This document shows positions 8,073 through 15,945 of a DNA stretch of 15,960 nt, in pieces; position 1 is the stretch's first letter, and each line of letters starts with the position of its first letter. The stretch spans positions 7,765 through 23,724 of the forward strand of contig CAXTKV010000013.1 in NCBI GenBank assembly GCA_964244895.1. The letters run 5' to 3'. A program made the position numbers and the translations under genes. Origin of the DNA: an uncultured Deinococcales bacterium. Lineage in GTDB: Bacteria; Deinococcota; Deinococci; Deinococcales; JAAFIG01. The notes under the pieces were generated by a model. It ran no database searches and was not told the DNA's origin. It saw only the letters and a program-made list of their open reading frames with translations.

Positions 8073-9926
8073 TCAGAGCTTTTGCCCGTCGTGAACGCCG
8101 CCCCAACGCGCGAGCTGGCCCTCGCGGGTCAGCAGGTACGTGTTGCGATCATCGGTGATCTGAGCGCGCAGCACGCGCAAGACCTTGCGCCTCGCGCGGT
8201 CGTCGGTGATCGGGAACAACAGTTCAAAGCGCCCATCGAAGTTGCGCGGCATGGCGTCCGCCGATGACGCCCAGACCGCCCACGCCCCACCCTGTTTGAA
8301 GGCCGCCAGGCGCGCGTGCTCGAGGTAACGCCCGATGATGCTCTTGACCGCTACGCCGTCCAGGAAAGAAGTCAGCGTGCTCCTGACGATCACGTCGATC
8401 TTCGCGCCGCGCCGCTGGGCGTCTTCGAGGGCGGCGATGATTTCGGCGTCGGTGATGTGGTTGAACTTGAGAACCATCGCGCCCTTCGGGTGCGCCTCGG
8501 CGCGGATGCACTCGAGCAGGGTCTGGCGCACGTCGGAAGCGGTTCGCAGGGTCTTCAGGTTCGGTGCACGCTCCTCTGAAAGCGCCTCGAAGAAGGCCAG
8601 CGCGTCCCGACCGATCTGTGGGGCGGCAGAAAAAAGCGACACGTCCGTGTACAACCTGCCGTTGACCGGGTTGTAATTGCCCGTCCCGAGGTGAACGTAG
8701 GTGCGACCGCCGCGCACCACGCAAAACGCTTTGGCGTGAACTTTGCGCTTCGGCAGGGGCAGCACCCTGATTCCGGCGCTCTGGAAGCGCAGACTCCATT
8801 CCAGGTTCGAGAGTTCGTCGAAGCGTGCGCGGCCCTCGAGCAGCACGGCCACGTCCTTTCCGGCTCGGGCGGCCCGGATCAGGGCTTCCGCGATGCCGTT
8901 GGTGCGACCGATGCGGTAGAGCGTGGATCGCACCTGCGTGACCTCGGGATCGTTGGCCGCCGAGAGCGCGAAATCTTCGACGTGCGCGTAATCGTCGAAC
9001 GGATGGTACAGCGCCAGTTCGCGCCCGCTGTCCAGAAAGGCCCACGGGTCGGCGCTGAAGCTGCGGGACTTGCGGCGTTTGATCGGCTCGAAGCGCTCCT
9101 GACCGGAGGCCGCCGAGACGATCGTGGTGACGAAGCTCAGATCGAGCGGTGGCGCGAGCCTGAAGACCTCGTTGCGTTCCAGCCCGAGCGTGGTGCGCAG
9201 CGTCTCGGCCCAGGTTTCCGGGAAATCCTGCTCTATTTCGAGGTGGTTGACCGTGCCGTCCAGGCGCGTCTCGAGCGCCTCCGGCAGTTCGTCCCAGTCG
9301 GCCCTGGATCGCGCCAGTTGCGCCAGTCGCATCAGTCGAAACTCGAAGAGCGGGCTGTCGATCGGCAGGAACAGATCGCTGCGCATCCGCACCAGCGCGC
9401 CCAGGCGCACGTAACTGCCGTCCCGTCCGGGAACCGGCAGCAATCGCGGCAGGCCTTCGGGCAGGCGGATCAGGCGTTGCAACTCGCCGATTCCGGCGGC
9501 CAGGTAGAGCGCCTGGCTGTTCAGTTCGGTGTTCTCGTCGGGTTCGATCAGGTCGGTCAGCGGCGCGACTTCCTCGGCCAGGTAGGCCCCGAAATACCGC
9601 CGCTCGGTTTCGGTCAGTTCAACTGGATCGAGGATGTGAACGCCGAGCGGTTCGAGCGCATCGAGAAATTCCTGGTAGCTTCTGGCCGCATCGAGCGATT
9701 GCTCGAGCGCTTCTTGGAGCAGCGCGTTGTAGGTTTCGCCGCCGCGCTCTTCCAGGAAAGCCCTCGAGATTCGGGCCGCGTAGAACTCGTCCATGTTCGA
9801 GGCCCAGATGCCCAGGAACATCAACCGTTCCAGGAGCGGAAAATCCGGGCGGCGCGTCTGATCCAGGACGCGGCGGTTGAACGACAACCAGGATGCTTCG
9901 GGAATAATTTGCATGGTTGGCATCAC
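8073..9926 (-). CDS. ppk1: Polyphosphate kinase 1 (compact, Thermus-type)
   Basis: 617 aa. EASWLSFNRRVL, ERLMFLGIWASNMDEF, TLYR, ARFDE, KVHAK (phospho-His), YVHLGTGNYN, YTD, GRYLEHAR, SADAMPRN. The start could be GTG 9926, ATG 9923 or ATG 9914. Confidence 0.93.
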   Translation of the reverse strand: MMPTMQIIPEASWLSFNRRVLDQTRRPDFPLLERLMFLGIWASNMDEFYAARISRAFLEERGGETYNALLQEALEQSLDAARSYQEFLDALEPLGVHILDPVELTETERRYFGAYLAEEVAPLTDLIEPDENTELNSQALYLAAGIGELQRLIRLPEGLPRLLPVPGRDGSYVRLGALVRMRSDLFLPIDSPLFEFRLMRLAQLARSRADWDELPEALETRLDGTVNHLEIEQDFPETWAETLRTTLGLERNEVFRLAPPLDLSFVTTIVSAASGQERFEPIKRRKSRSFSADPWAFLDSGRELALYHPFDDYAHVEDFALSAANDPEVTQVRSTLYRIGRTNGIAEALIRAARAGKDVAVLLEGRARFDELSNLEWSLRFQSAGIRVLPLPKRKVHAKAFCVVRGGRTYVHLGTGNYNPVNGRLYTDVSLFSAAPQIGRDALAFFEALSEERAPNLKTLRTASDVRQTLLECIRAEAHPKGAMVLKFNHITDAEIIAALEDAQRRGAKIDVIVRSTLTSFLDGVAVKSIIGRYLEHARLAAFKQGGAWAVWASSADAMPRNFDGRFELLFPITDDRARRKVLRVLRAQITDDRNTYLLTREGQLARWGGVHDGQKL

Positions 9927-9989
9927 GCTTCAATCTACGCGTCATCGCCGGGTCAGGCCCGGATCAACAGGCGCGCCAACAAGAGGGAC

Positions 9990-10029
9990 GCCGTCCAGGA
10001 CACAAATCAGAGGATGCGTACTGGACGGT
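9990..10029. repeat. Paired-palindrome intergenic element, copy 6 (10-bp spacer)
   Basis: GCCGTCCAGGACACA (9990-10004), aatcagagga, TGCGTACTGGACGGT (10015-10029). Flanks AAGAGGGAC/GTTCTCTT extend pairing to 9981-10037. Lies in a divergent region. Confidence 0.88.
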
Positions 10030-10174
10030 GTTCTCTTCGAGTTAATCTCTTCGAGCGCATCGCGCACTCGAGCCCCATCAGAGGATTTGCGCAGTGCGCA
10101 CCAAAACGGGCACACTTAGACGGGCGCACTCGAACGGGACGCCATCCTCTGAGCGGTCGCGTAGACTGTTCAGG

Positions 10175-11881
10175 ATGCCAAACCCAATCAAAGCGCTGAT
10201 CGCCGTACTGCTCGCCCTGGCGCTCCTGGCTTGCCGGGATCAGGCTTCCGACGCGCAGGGAAACCCGAGCGACGCCACCCCCCAGACCGCTCCAGCGGAC
10301 GCGCTGGTGCTGCCGATGATCTACGGCAGCGAGAAGCAAGCCTGGATCGAGGCGGTCACCAAGGATTTCAACGCGCAAAACCAGAAGTCCACGACCGGTA
10401 AATCCATCCGCGTCGAGGCCGTCCCGTTGGGTTCCACGGAAGCGCTCGAGCGCATTCTGGACGGCAGCCAGCGTCCGGTGATCTGGAGTCCCGCCAGCCG
10501 CCTGCTCTTGCCGGTGGCCAACAAGCGCTGGGCGCAAACCCACGCGGGCGCGAAACTGACCGGGGACAGTCCGCCGCTGGTGCTTTCCCCGGTCGTGATT
10601 GCCATGTGGAAGCCGATGGCGCAGGCGCTCGGCTGGCCTCAAAAGCCGCTGGGCTGGTCTGACATCGCGGCGCTCGCCAGGAACGGCAAATCCTGGAAGG
10701 ATTTCGGTCACCCGGAATGGGGCGCGTTCCAGTTCGGTCACACGCACCCGGATTTCAGCAATTCCGGCATCTCGAGCATCCTCTCGACCGTCTACGCCGC
10801 CAGCGGTAAGACCGAAGACCTGAGCCTGGCGGACGTGAACAAGCCCGCCGCGGCGCAGGTGATGGCGGACGTGGAACGCAACGTGATCCACTACGGTGAA
10901 AGCACCGGGTTCTTCGCCAAGCAGATGTTCACGCGCGGCCCGGCGTACCTCTCGGCGGCGGTGCTGTACGAGAATCTGGTGGTCGAATCCTACGACCGCA
11001 CCAAGTACCCGGACATGCCCTTCCCGGTGGTGGCCATCTACCCGAAGGATGGCACGTTCTTTGCGGCTCACCCGTTCGCGGTGCTGAACGCGCCGTGGGT
11101 CACGGACGAGGCTCGAGCCGCCGCCGAAACCTACCGGACATTTTTGATGTCCGAAGTCCAGCAGCGCAAAGCCCTCGAGTTCGGTTTTCGTCCGGCGGGT
11201 GCGAACGTTTTCACGGGCGCACCGATTGATGCCGCGCACGGCGTCAATCCGAAAGAACCCAGGGTGCTGCTGCAAGCCCCGAACGCCGACGTGATCGAAG
11301 CGACCCGCGCCCTCTGGGGCCGAACCAAGAAGCGCGTCGAGGTCGAGGTCGTGCTGGACACGTCCGGCAGCATGAAAGACGAGAACCGGCTCGGGCAGGC
11401 CAAGGCGGCGCTCTCGCGGTTCATCTCTCGGCTGGACGACGAGGATTACCTGGGCGTCACGACCTTCAGTTCGACGGCGGTGCAACTGACGGAGGTCTCG
11501 AAGCTCGGCCCGAAGCGCAAGGCGGTGCAAGAACGCCTGAACGGCCTGTTCCCGAACGGCGGCACGCGATTGATCGACACCGTGCTGGAAGCCTACGGTC
11601 AGGTTCAGGCGCGACCTTCCGGTCAACGCATCCGCGCCGTGGTGGTGCTGACCGATGGCACGGACAACGGTTCCAGCGCGCCTGCAGAGACCCTTCTGGA
11701 GCGCCTGAAGGCGGACGATGAAGGCCGGGCGGTCAAGGTTTTCACCATCGCCTACGGTACGGGCACGGATGTCAACGTGGATTTCCTGAAAAATGTCGCC
11801 CAGGCGAGCGGCGCGAAATCTTACTCGAGCGACCCGACCCGGATTGATCAGGTGTACCGCGACATCGCCACGTTTTTTTGA
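10175..11881 (+). CDS. Lipoprotein with N-terminal solute-binding-protein-like domain and C-terminal vWA (MIDAS) domain
   Basis: Lipobox LALLAC after MPNPIK. SBP-like YGSEK, WSPAS, SPVVIAMWKP, HTHP..SNSG, YGESTG, AAVLYENLV, IYP. vWA with DTSGS, GGT, LTDG, VFTIAYG. Start moved from 10094 to ATG 10175, 7 nt after TAGACT. Confidence 0.88.
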   Translation: MPNPIKALIAVLLALALLACRDQASDAQGNPSDATPQTAPADALVLPMIYGSEKQAWIEAVTKDFNAQNQKSTTGKSIRVEAVPLGSTEALERILDGSQRPVIWSPASRLLLPVANKRWAQTHAGAKLTGDSPPLVLSPVVIAMWKPMAQALGWPQKPLGWSDIAALARNGKSWKDFGHPEWGAFQFGHTHPDFSNSGISSILSTVYAASGKTEDLSLADVNKPAAAQVMADVERNVIHYGESTGFFAKQMFTRGPAYLSAAVLYENLVVESYDRTKYPDMPFPVVAIYPKDGTFFAAHPFAVLNAPWVTDEARAAAETYRTFLMSEVQQRKALEFGFRPAGANVFTGAPIDAAHGVNPKEPRVLLQAPNADVIEATRALWGRTKKRVEVEVVLDTSGSMKDENRLGQAKAALSRFISRLDDEDYLGVTTFSSTAVQLTEVSKLGPKRKAVQERLNGLFPNGGTRLIDTVLEAYGQVQARPSGQRIRAVVVLTDGTDNGSSAPAETLLERLKADDEGRAVKVFTIAYGTGTDVNVDFLKNVAQASGAKSYSSDPTRIDQVYRDIATFF

Positions 11882-12053
11882 ATCTCACGTTTTTGAATCC
11901 TACGCGACCTGTTCGGGTTTTCGTGGTGGCATCGCTCGGAATGCTGATCTCGAGATTCGGCATCGAAAACGCTCCTTGAGCCTTCGGGGCGAGCCACCCT
12001 TTGAGTCTTCAGGCTCGAGAAACCCTGGCGGCTCGAGGGCGGGCTTCGGGAAG

Positions 12054-12103
12054 ACCGTCCAGGACACGTTTTTTGGGTGTGCGATTCTTGCGTGCTGGAC
12101 GGT
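12054..12103. repeat. Paired-palindrome intergenic element, copy 7 (20-bp spacer)
   Basis: ACCGTCCAGGACACG (12054-12068), ttttttgggtgtgcgattct, TGCGTGCTGGACGGT (12089-12103). Flanks GAAG/CTTC pair. Confidence 0.9.
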
Positions 12104-12211
12104 CTTCTGCAGATTTGATCGCCCCACAAAAACTCGAGCCGCCCGTGGAAACAGACTGTAACGATCCGCGCAGCTTGCAGACCGATCACACAACCGTGAT
12201 CTTCTGCCGGT

Positions 12212-14677
12212 ATGATCGCTGACCGTCCAGCCCAGCCGAACGCGGAGGACATCCGCCGAGAGTTCCTCGAGAACCTCACCCTGATCCAGGGCACGACGCT
12301 GGAACGCGCCACGCCCAACGATTGTTACCTGGCGCTGGCGGTCACGGTGCGCCAGTACCTGGTCGGGCAATGGCTCGAGACGCGCGAGACGCAGGTGCGC
12401 CAGGGCGCGAAGGTCGTGGCCTACCTGTCCGCCGAGTACCTGCTCGGGCGGCAACTGGGGAACACGCTCTTGAACACCGACCTGGAACCCGTCGTGCGCG
12501 AAGCACTCAATGACCTCGGGCTCGACCTGGACGCTCTGGCGGCACTCGAGGTCGAACCTGGGCTGGGCAACGGCGGCCTGGGGCGGCTGGCGGCCTGCTT
12601 CGTGGATTCGCTGGCCACGCTGGGCTATCCGGCCATCGGTTACGGCATCCGGTACGAGTACGGCATCTTCCGTCAGCGCTTCGAGGACGGCTGGCAGGTT
12701 GAGCAACCCGACAACTGGCTCTCGCACGGCGAACCGTGGAGCTTCGCGCGCCCGGAGCGCGCCGTCGAGGTCGGTTTCGGCGGTCGCACGGTTCAGACCA
12801 CCGACGCCGACGGTGCGCTGCACGTGCGATGGCACCCCGAACGCTGGGTGCGCGGCGTGCCGTACAACCTGCTCGTGCCCGGTTACCGCTCCGGCGCGGT
12901 CAACACGCTGCGGCTGTGGGCAGCCCAGGCCAACCAGGCCTTCGACCTCGAAATCTTCAACGACGGCGATTACGAGCGCGCCGTTCACGCGCAAACCCAG
13001 GCCGAGAACATCTCCAAGGTGCTCTACCCGGACGATTCGACCGAGCAGGGCCGCGAGTTGCGTCTGCAGCAACAGTATTTTTTCACCGCCTGCTCCCTGC
13101 AAGACCTGATCCGCGAACGGCTCGCCTCGAGCGCCCTGGCCTACCTGCCGGATCGGGTGGCGGTGCAACTCAACGACACCCACCCGACCATCGCCATCCC
13201 CGAACTGATGCGTTTGCTCCTGGACGAACACCGCATGGGCTGGGAGGCCGCCTGGGACATCAGCTCTCGCGTGTTCGCCTACACCTGCCACACGCTCCTG
13301 CCCGAAGCGCTCGAGACCTGGCCGGTGGGCCTGTTCGAGCGGCTCTTGCCGCGCCATCTGGAGATCATCCTCGAGATCAACGCGCGCTTCCTGAAGACCG
13401 TGCGCCAGCGCTTTCCCGGCGACGAGGATCGGGTGCGGCGCATGAGCATCATCGCCGAGGAACCCGAGCGGCGCGTGCGCATGGCGCACCTGGCGGCGGT
13501 CGGCTGCTTCAGGGTCAACGGTGTGGCCGAACTGCATTCCAAATTGCTGCGCGAGCGCGTGCTGAACGACTTCGCGGATCTGTGGCCCGAGAAATTCACC
13601 AACGTCACCAACGGCGTCACGCCCCGGCGCTTCGTGCGGCTCTCGAACCCGGCGCTCTCGGAATTGATCACGCACACCATCGGCGAGGGCTGGCTGCGGA
13701 ATCTCGAGCAACTCCGCAAGCTCGAGCCCTTCGCCGACGACCCGGATTTTCGCGGTGCGTGGCTGGCCGTCAAACGCCAGAACAAGGCGCGGCTGGCGCA
13801 CACGCTGGCCGAATCGGGCTTGCACGTCAGCGCCGATGCGCTCCACTCGGGCGCGATGCTCGACGTGATCGTCAAAAGGCTGCACGAGTACAAACGCCAG
13901 CTCTTGAAATTGCTGCACGTGATCGCGCTCTACCAGCGCCTCCAGGCCGATCCGGGACTGGACGCGTTGCCGCGCGTCGTGCTGTTCGGCGCCAAGGCCG
14001 CGCCGGGCTACCGGATGGCCAAACTGATCATCCGCCTGATTCACGGCGTCGCCGAGGTCGTGAACAACGACCCGATGGTCAAGGGGCGTTTGAGCCTGGC
14101 CTTTCCGGCGAATTACAACGTCAGCCTGGCGGAGTTCATTTACCCGGCGGCGGATGTCTCCGAGCAGATTTCCCTGGCGGGCAAGGAAGCCTCCGGCACG
14201 GGCAACATGAAGCTCGCGCTGAACGGCGCCGTGACCATCGGCACGCTGGACGGCGCGAACGTCGAGATTCGCGAAGCGGTCGGGGTAGAAAACTTCTTCC
14301 TGTTCGGCCTGACCGAACCCGAGGTCATCGCCACCAAAGCCCAGGGCTACGATCCGCGCCGCCACGTGGAGACGGAACCCGAATTGCGCGCCGCGATCGA
14401 CGCGATTTCCCAGGGGCATTTCTCGCGGGGCGATGCGGGACTGTTCGAGCCGATCGTGCGTTCGCTCCTGGAGCGCGATGAGTACATGGTGCTGGCCGAT
14501 TTCGCGCCGTATCTCGCGGCTCAGGCGGCGCTCGAGGCCGCGTACCGCGACGAGCCGCGCTGGACGCGCATGAGCATCCTCAACGTGGCCCGCAGCGGGC
14601 ATTTCTCGAGCGACCGCACCATTCGCCAGTACGCCGAAAACGTCTGGGGGCTTCAAGCGGTCCTGCCGACCATCTGA
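12212..14677 (+). CDS. glgP: Glycogen/starch/alpha-glucan phosphorylase
   Basis: 821 aa. [68 protein letters not shown]-lysine motif [16 protein letters not shown]. Confidence 0.97.
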   Translation: MIADRPAQPNAEDIRREFLENLTLIQGTTLERATPNDCYLALAVTVRQYLVGQWLETRETQVRQGAKVVAYLSAEYLLGRQLGNTLLNTDLEPVVREALNDLGLDLDALAALEVEPGLGNGGLGRLAACFVDSLATLGYPAIGYGIRYEYGIFRQRFEDGWQVEQPDNWLSHGEPWSFARPERAVEVGFGGRTVQTTDADGALHVRWHPERWVRGVPYNLLVPGYRSGAVNTLRLWAAQANQAFDLEIFNDGDYERAVHAQTQAENISKVLYPDDSTEQGRELRLQQQYFFTACSLQDLIRERLASSALAYLPDRVAVQLNDTHPTIAIPELMRLLLDEHRMGWEAAWDISSRVFAYTCHTLLPEALETWPVGLFERLLPRHLEIILEINARFLKTVRQRFPGDEDRVRRMSIIAEEPERRVRMAHLAAVGCFRVNGVAELHSKLLRERVLNDFADLWPEKFTNVTNGVTPRRFVRLSNPALSELITHTIGEGWLRNLEQLRKLEPFADDPDFRGAWLAVKRQNKARLAHTLAESGLHVSADALHSGAMLDVIVKRLHEYKRQLLKLLHVIALYQRLQADPGLDALPRVVLFGAKAAPGYRMAKLIIRLIHGVAEVVNNDPMVKGRLSLAFPANYNVSLAEFIYPAADVSEQISLAGKEASGTGNMKLALNGAVTIGTLDGANVEIREAVGVENFFLFGLTEPEVIATKAQGYDPRRHVETEPELRAAIDAISQGHFSRGDAGLFEPIVRSLLERDEYMVLADFAPYLAAQAALEAAYRDEPRWTRMSILNVARSGHFSSDRTIRQYAENVWGLQAVLPTI

Positions 14678-14715
14678 GGCGTTCAGCCTGAGAGATCGCC
14701 AAGACGCTCAAGAAC

Positions 14716-14756
14716 ACCGTCCTGGATGAGGTTTTGGGCGCACTGTCCCGGACGGT
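14716..14756. repeat. Paired-palindrome intergenic element, copy 8 (11-bp spacer)
   Basis: ACCGTCCTGGATGAG (14716-14730, preceded by AGAAC), gttttgggcgc, ACTGTCCCGGACGGT (14742-14756). Confidence 0.85.
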
Positions 14757-14997
14757 GCGCTCTGGATTTTTGATCGAACCTCGAACTGCAAAGACACCCC
14801 GAGATCGAGATCGAATTTTTGAAGATCATCGGCTGTGGACGGGTGGAATATGCGGGTTCGCGCCGGACTTGGATTCCGTCTGGGTGCGCTTGGAGCGTGA
14901 CAGCGACATGATCTCACCCGATTAATTTCAAGTGGCCAAAGAAGGAATTCGACCATCCGCAGTGCCCAGACCAGCCGTGAACTCCAGGAGGCTCGAG

Positions 14998-15861
14998 ATG
15001 ACCCAGGACATGACCTTCGTACACCTGAGTGACCTGCACATCGTTCACCCGGACGCGCAGGACGATCATCTCTTCAGCGACACGGCCAGCACGCTCCAGG
15101 CCGTCAAAGCGGCGATTGCGGCGCTCGAGCCGCGCCCGAGCTTCGTGGTGATCTCCGGCGATCTGACCAACCGGGGCACGAAAGAAAATTTCCTGGAACT
15201 CAAACGTTTACTCTCGGACATCGAAGTGCCGGTGCTGCTGGCGCTCGGCAACCACGACAGCCGCGAGGGTTTCTACGAGTTCGTGCTGGACGAGGGCGCG
15301 GGCAAATCGAGCCCGTACTTTTACAGCCGCACGATCGATGGGCTGCACGTGATCGTGCTCGATTCGAGCACGCCGAACAAGGTTCACGGCACGCTCGAAC
15401 CCGAGCAGTTCGAGTGGCTCGAGCGGGAACTGGCGCAGCGCACCGACCTGCCCAAGATCGTGGTCGTCCACCACCCGATTTCACCGATGCACCTGCCGAT
15501 TTTCACGACGATCAATTTTGATCAGGCCGACGCGGCGCGGCTCGAGGCGATGCTGGAACAAAAGAACGTCATCGGCGTGCTTTCCGGCCACGTTCACTTC
15601 GATCAGGTCTCCGTGCGGCGCGGCGTGCCGTACATCATCAGCACCGGTTTGCACAACCTGACCGACGTACTCGAGCGCGATGGCTTGCGGGCCGTTCAGG
15701 GCGCGAGCTGGAACCTCTGCACGGTGCGCGACGGCGAACTGAACGTCATCAAGGTCCCCCTGCCGAGCGACCACAAGGAGCTGCACCACATCACGCAAGC
15801 CTGGATGGACAACTACCGCGCCGAACTGGCCGCCAAAGAAGCCGAAACCGTCAACGCCTGA
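14998..15861 (+). CDS. Calcineurin-like metallophosphoesterase (CpdA/Icc/GpdQ-like phosphodiesterase)
   Basis: All five motifs present: HLSDLH, ISGDL, LGNHD, HHP, SGHVH. Start moved from 14932 to ATG 14998, which follows SD AGGAGG. Confidence 0.9.
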   Translation: MTQDMTFVHLSDLHIVHPDAQDDHLFSDTASTLQAVKAAIAALEPRPSFVVISGDLTNRGTKENFLELKRLLSDIEVPVLLALGNHDSREGFYEFVLDEGAGKSSPYFYSRTIDGLHVIVLDSSTPNKVHGTLEPEQFEWLERELAQRTDLPKIVVVHHPISPMHLPIFTTINFDQADAARLEAMLEQKNVIGVLSGHVHFDQVSVRRGVPYIISTGLHNLTDVLERDGLRAVQGASWNLCTVRDGELNVIKVPLPSDHKELHHITQAWMDNYRAELAAKEAETVNA

Positions 15862-15876
15862 AAAGCCGCGCAATAG

Positions 15877-15926
15877 ACCGTCCTGGACGCAATCTTGAAT
15901 ATCGAAGGAACACTGTCTGGGACGGT
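15877..15926. repeat. Paired-palindrome intergenic element, copy 9 (20-bp spacer)
   Basis: ACCGTCCTGGACGCA (15877-15891), atcttgaatatcgaaggaac, ACTGTCTGGGACGGT (15912-15926). Confidence 0.88.
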
Positions 15927-15945
15927 GTTCTCAAGGAGCCGAGGC

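Noticed and set aside
753..11626. Other long overlapping ORFs (753-2264, 2605-4314, 3635-4837, 4930-5820, 5918-6886, 8691-10199, 10007-11626)
   Set aside because: They are antisense or off-frame shadows of well-supported genes, with Arg/Gly/His-rich composition and no family motifs.
11900..14656. 918-aa ORF on the minus strand
   Set aside because: It is the antisense shadow of glgP. High-GC codon bias suppresses stops on the opposite strand, and it has no recognisable motifs.
14894..14915. Pho-box-like 11-bp periodic half sites upstream of the phosphoesterase (minus strand AGATCAT-N4-CTGTCAC)
   Set aside because: Only one half site is a good match, which is too weak to call.
14760..14990. 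Possible riboswitch or ncRNA in the long leader before the phosphoesterase
   Set aside because: I recognised no conserved riboswitch motif or convincing extended structure. An Rfam/Infernal scan would be needed.
8354..15295. Partial box-like matches inside CDSs (e.g. GCCGTCCAGGA near 8355, TCGTGCTGGACGA near 15281)
   Set aside because: They are single, partial, unpaired matches explainable by common codons (Leu-Asp, Val-Leu-Asp).
315..15926. Paired palindromes as a CRISPR array
   Set aside because: Copies are dispersed kilobases apart as pairs only, spacers are 10-26 bp, and there are no cas genes.
315..15926. Paired palindromes as ordinary rho-independent terminators or integron attC sites
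   Set aside because: Three copies lie between divergent genes and none has a U-tract after the stem. There are no consistent RYYYAAC/GTTRRRY ends, gene orientation is mixed, and the genes are housekeeping.
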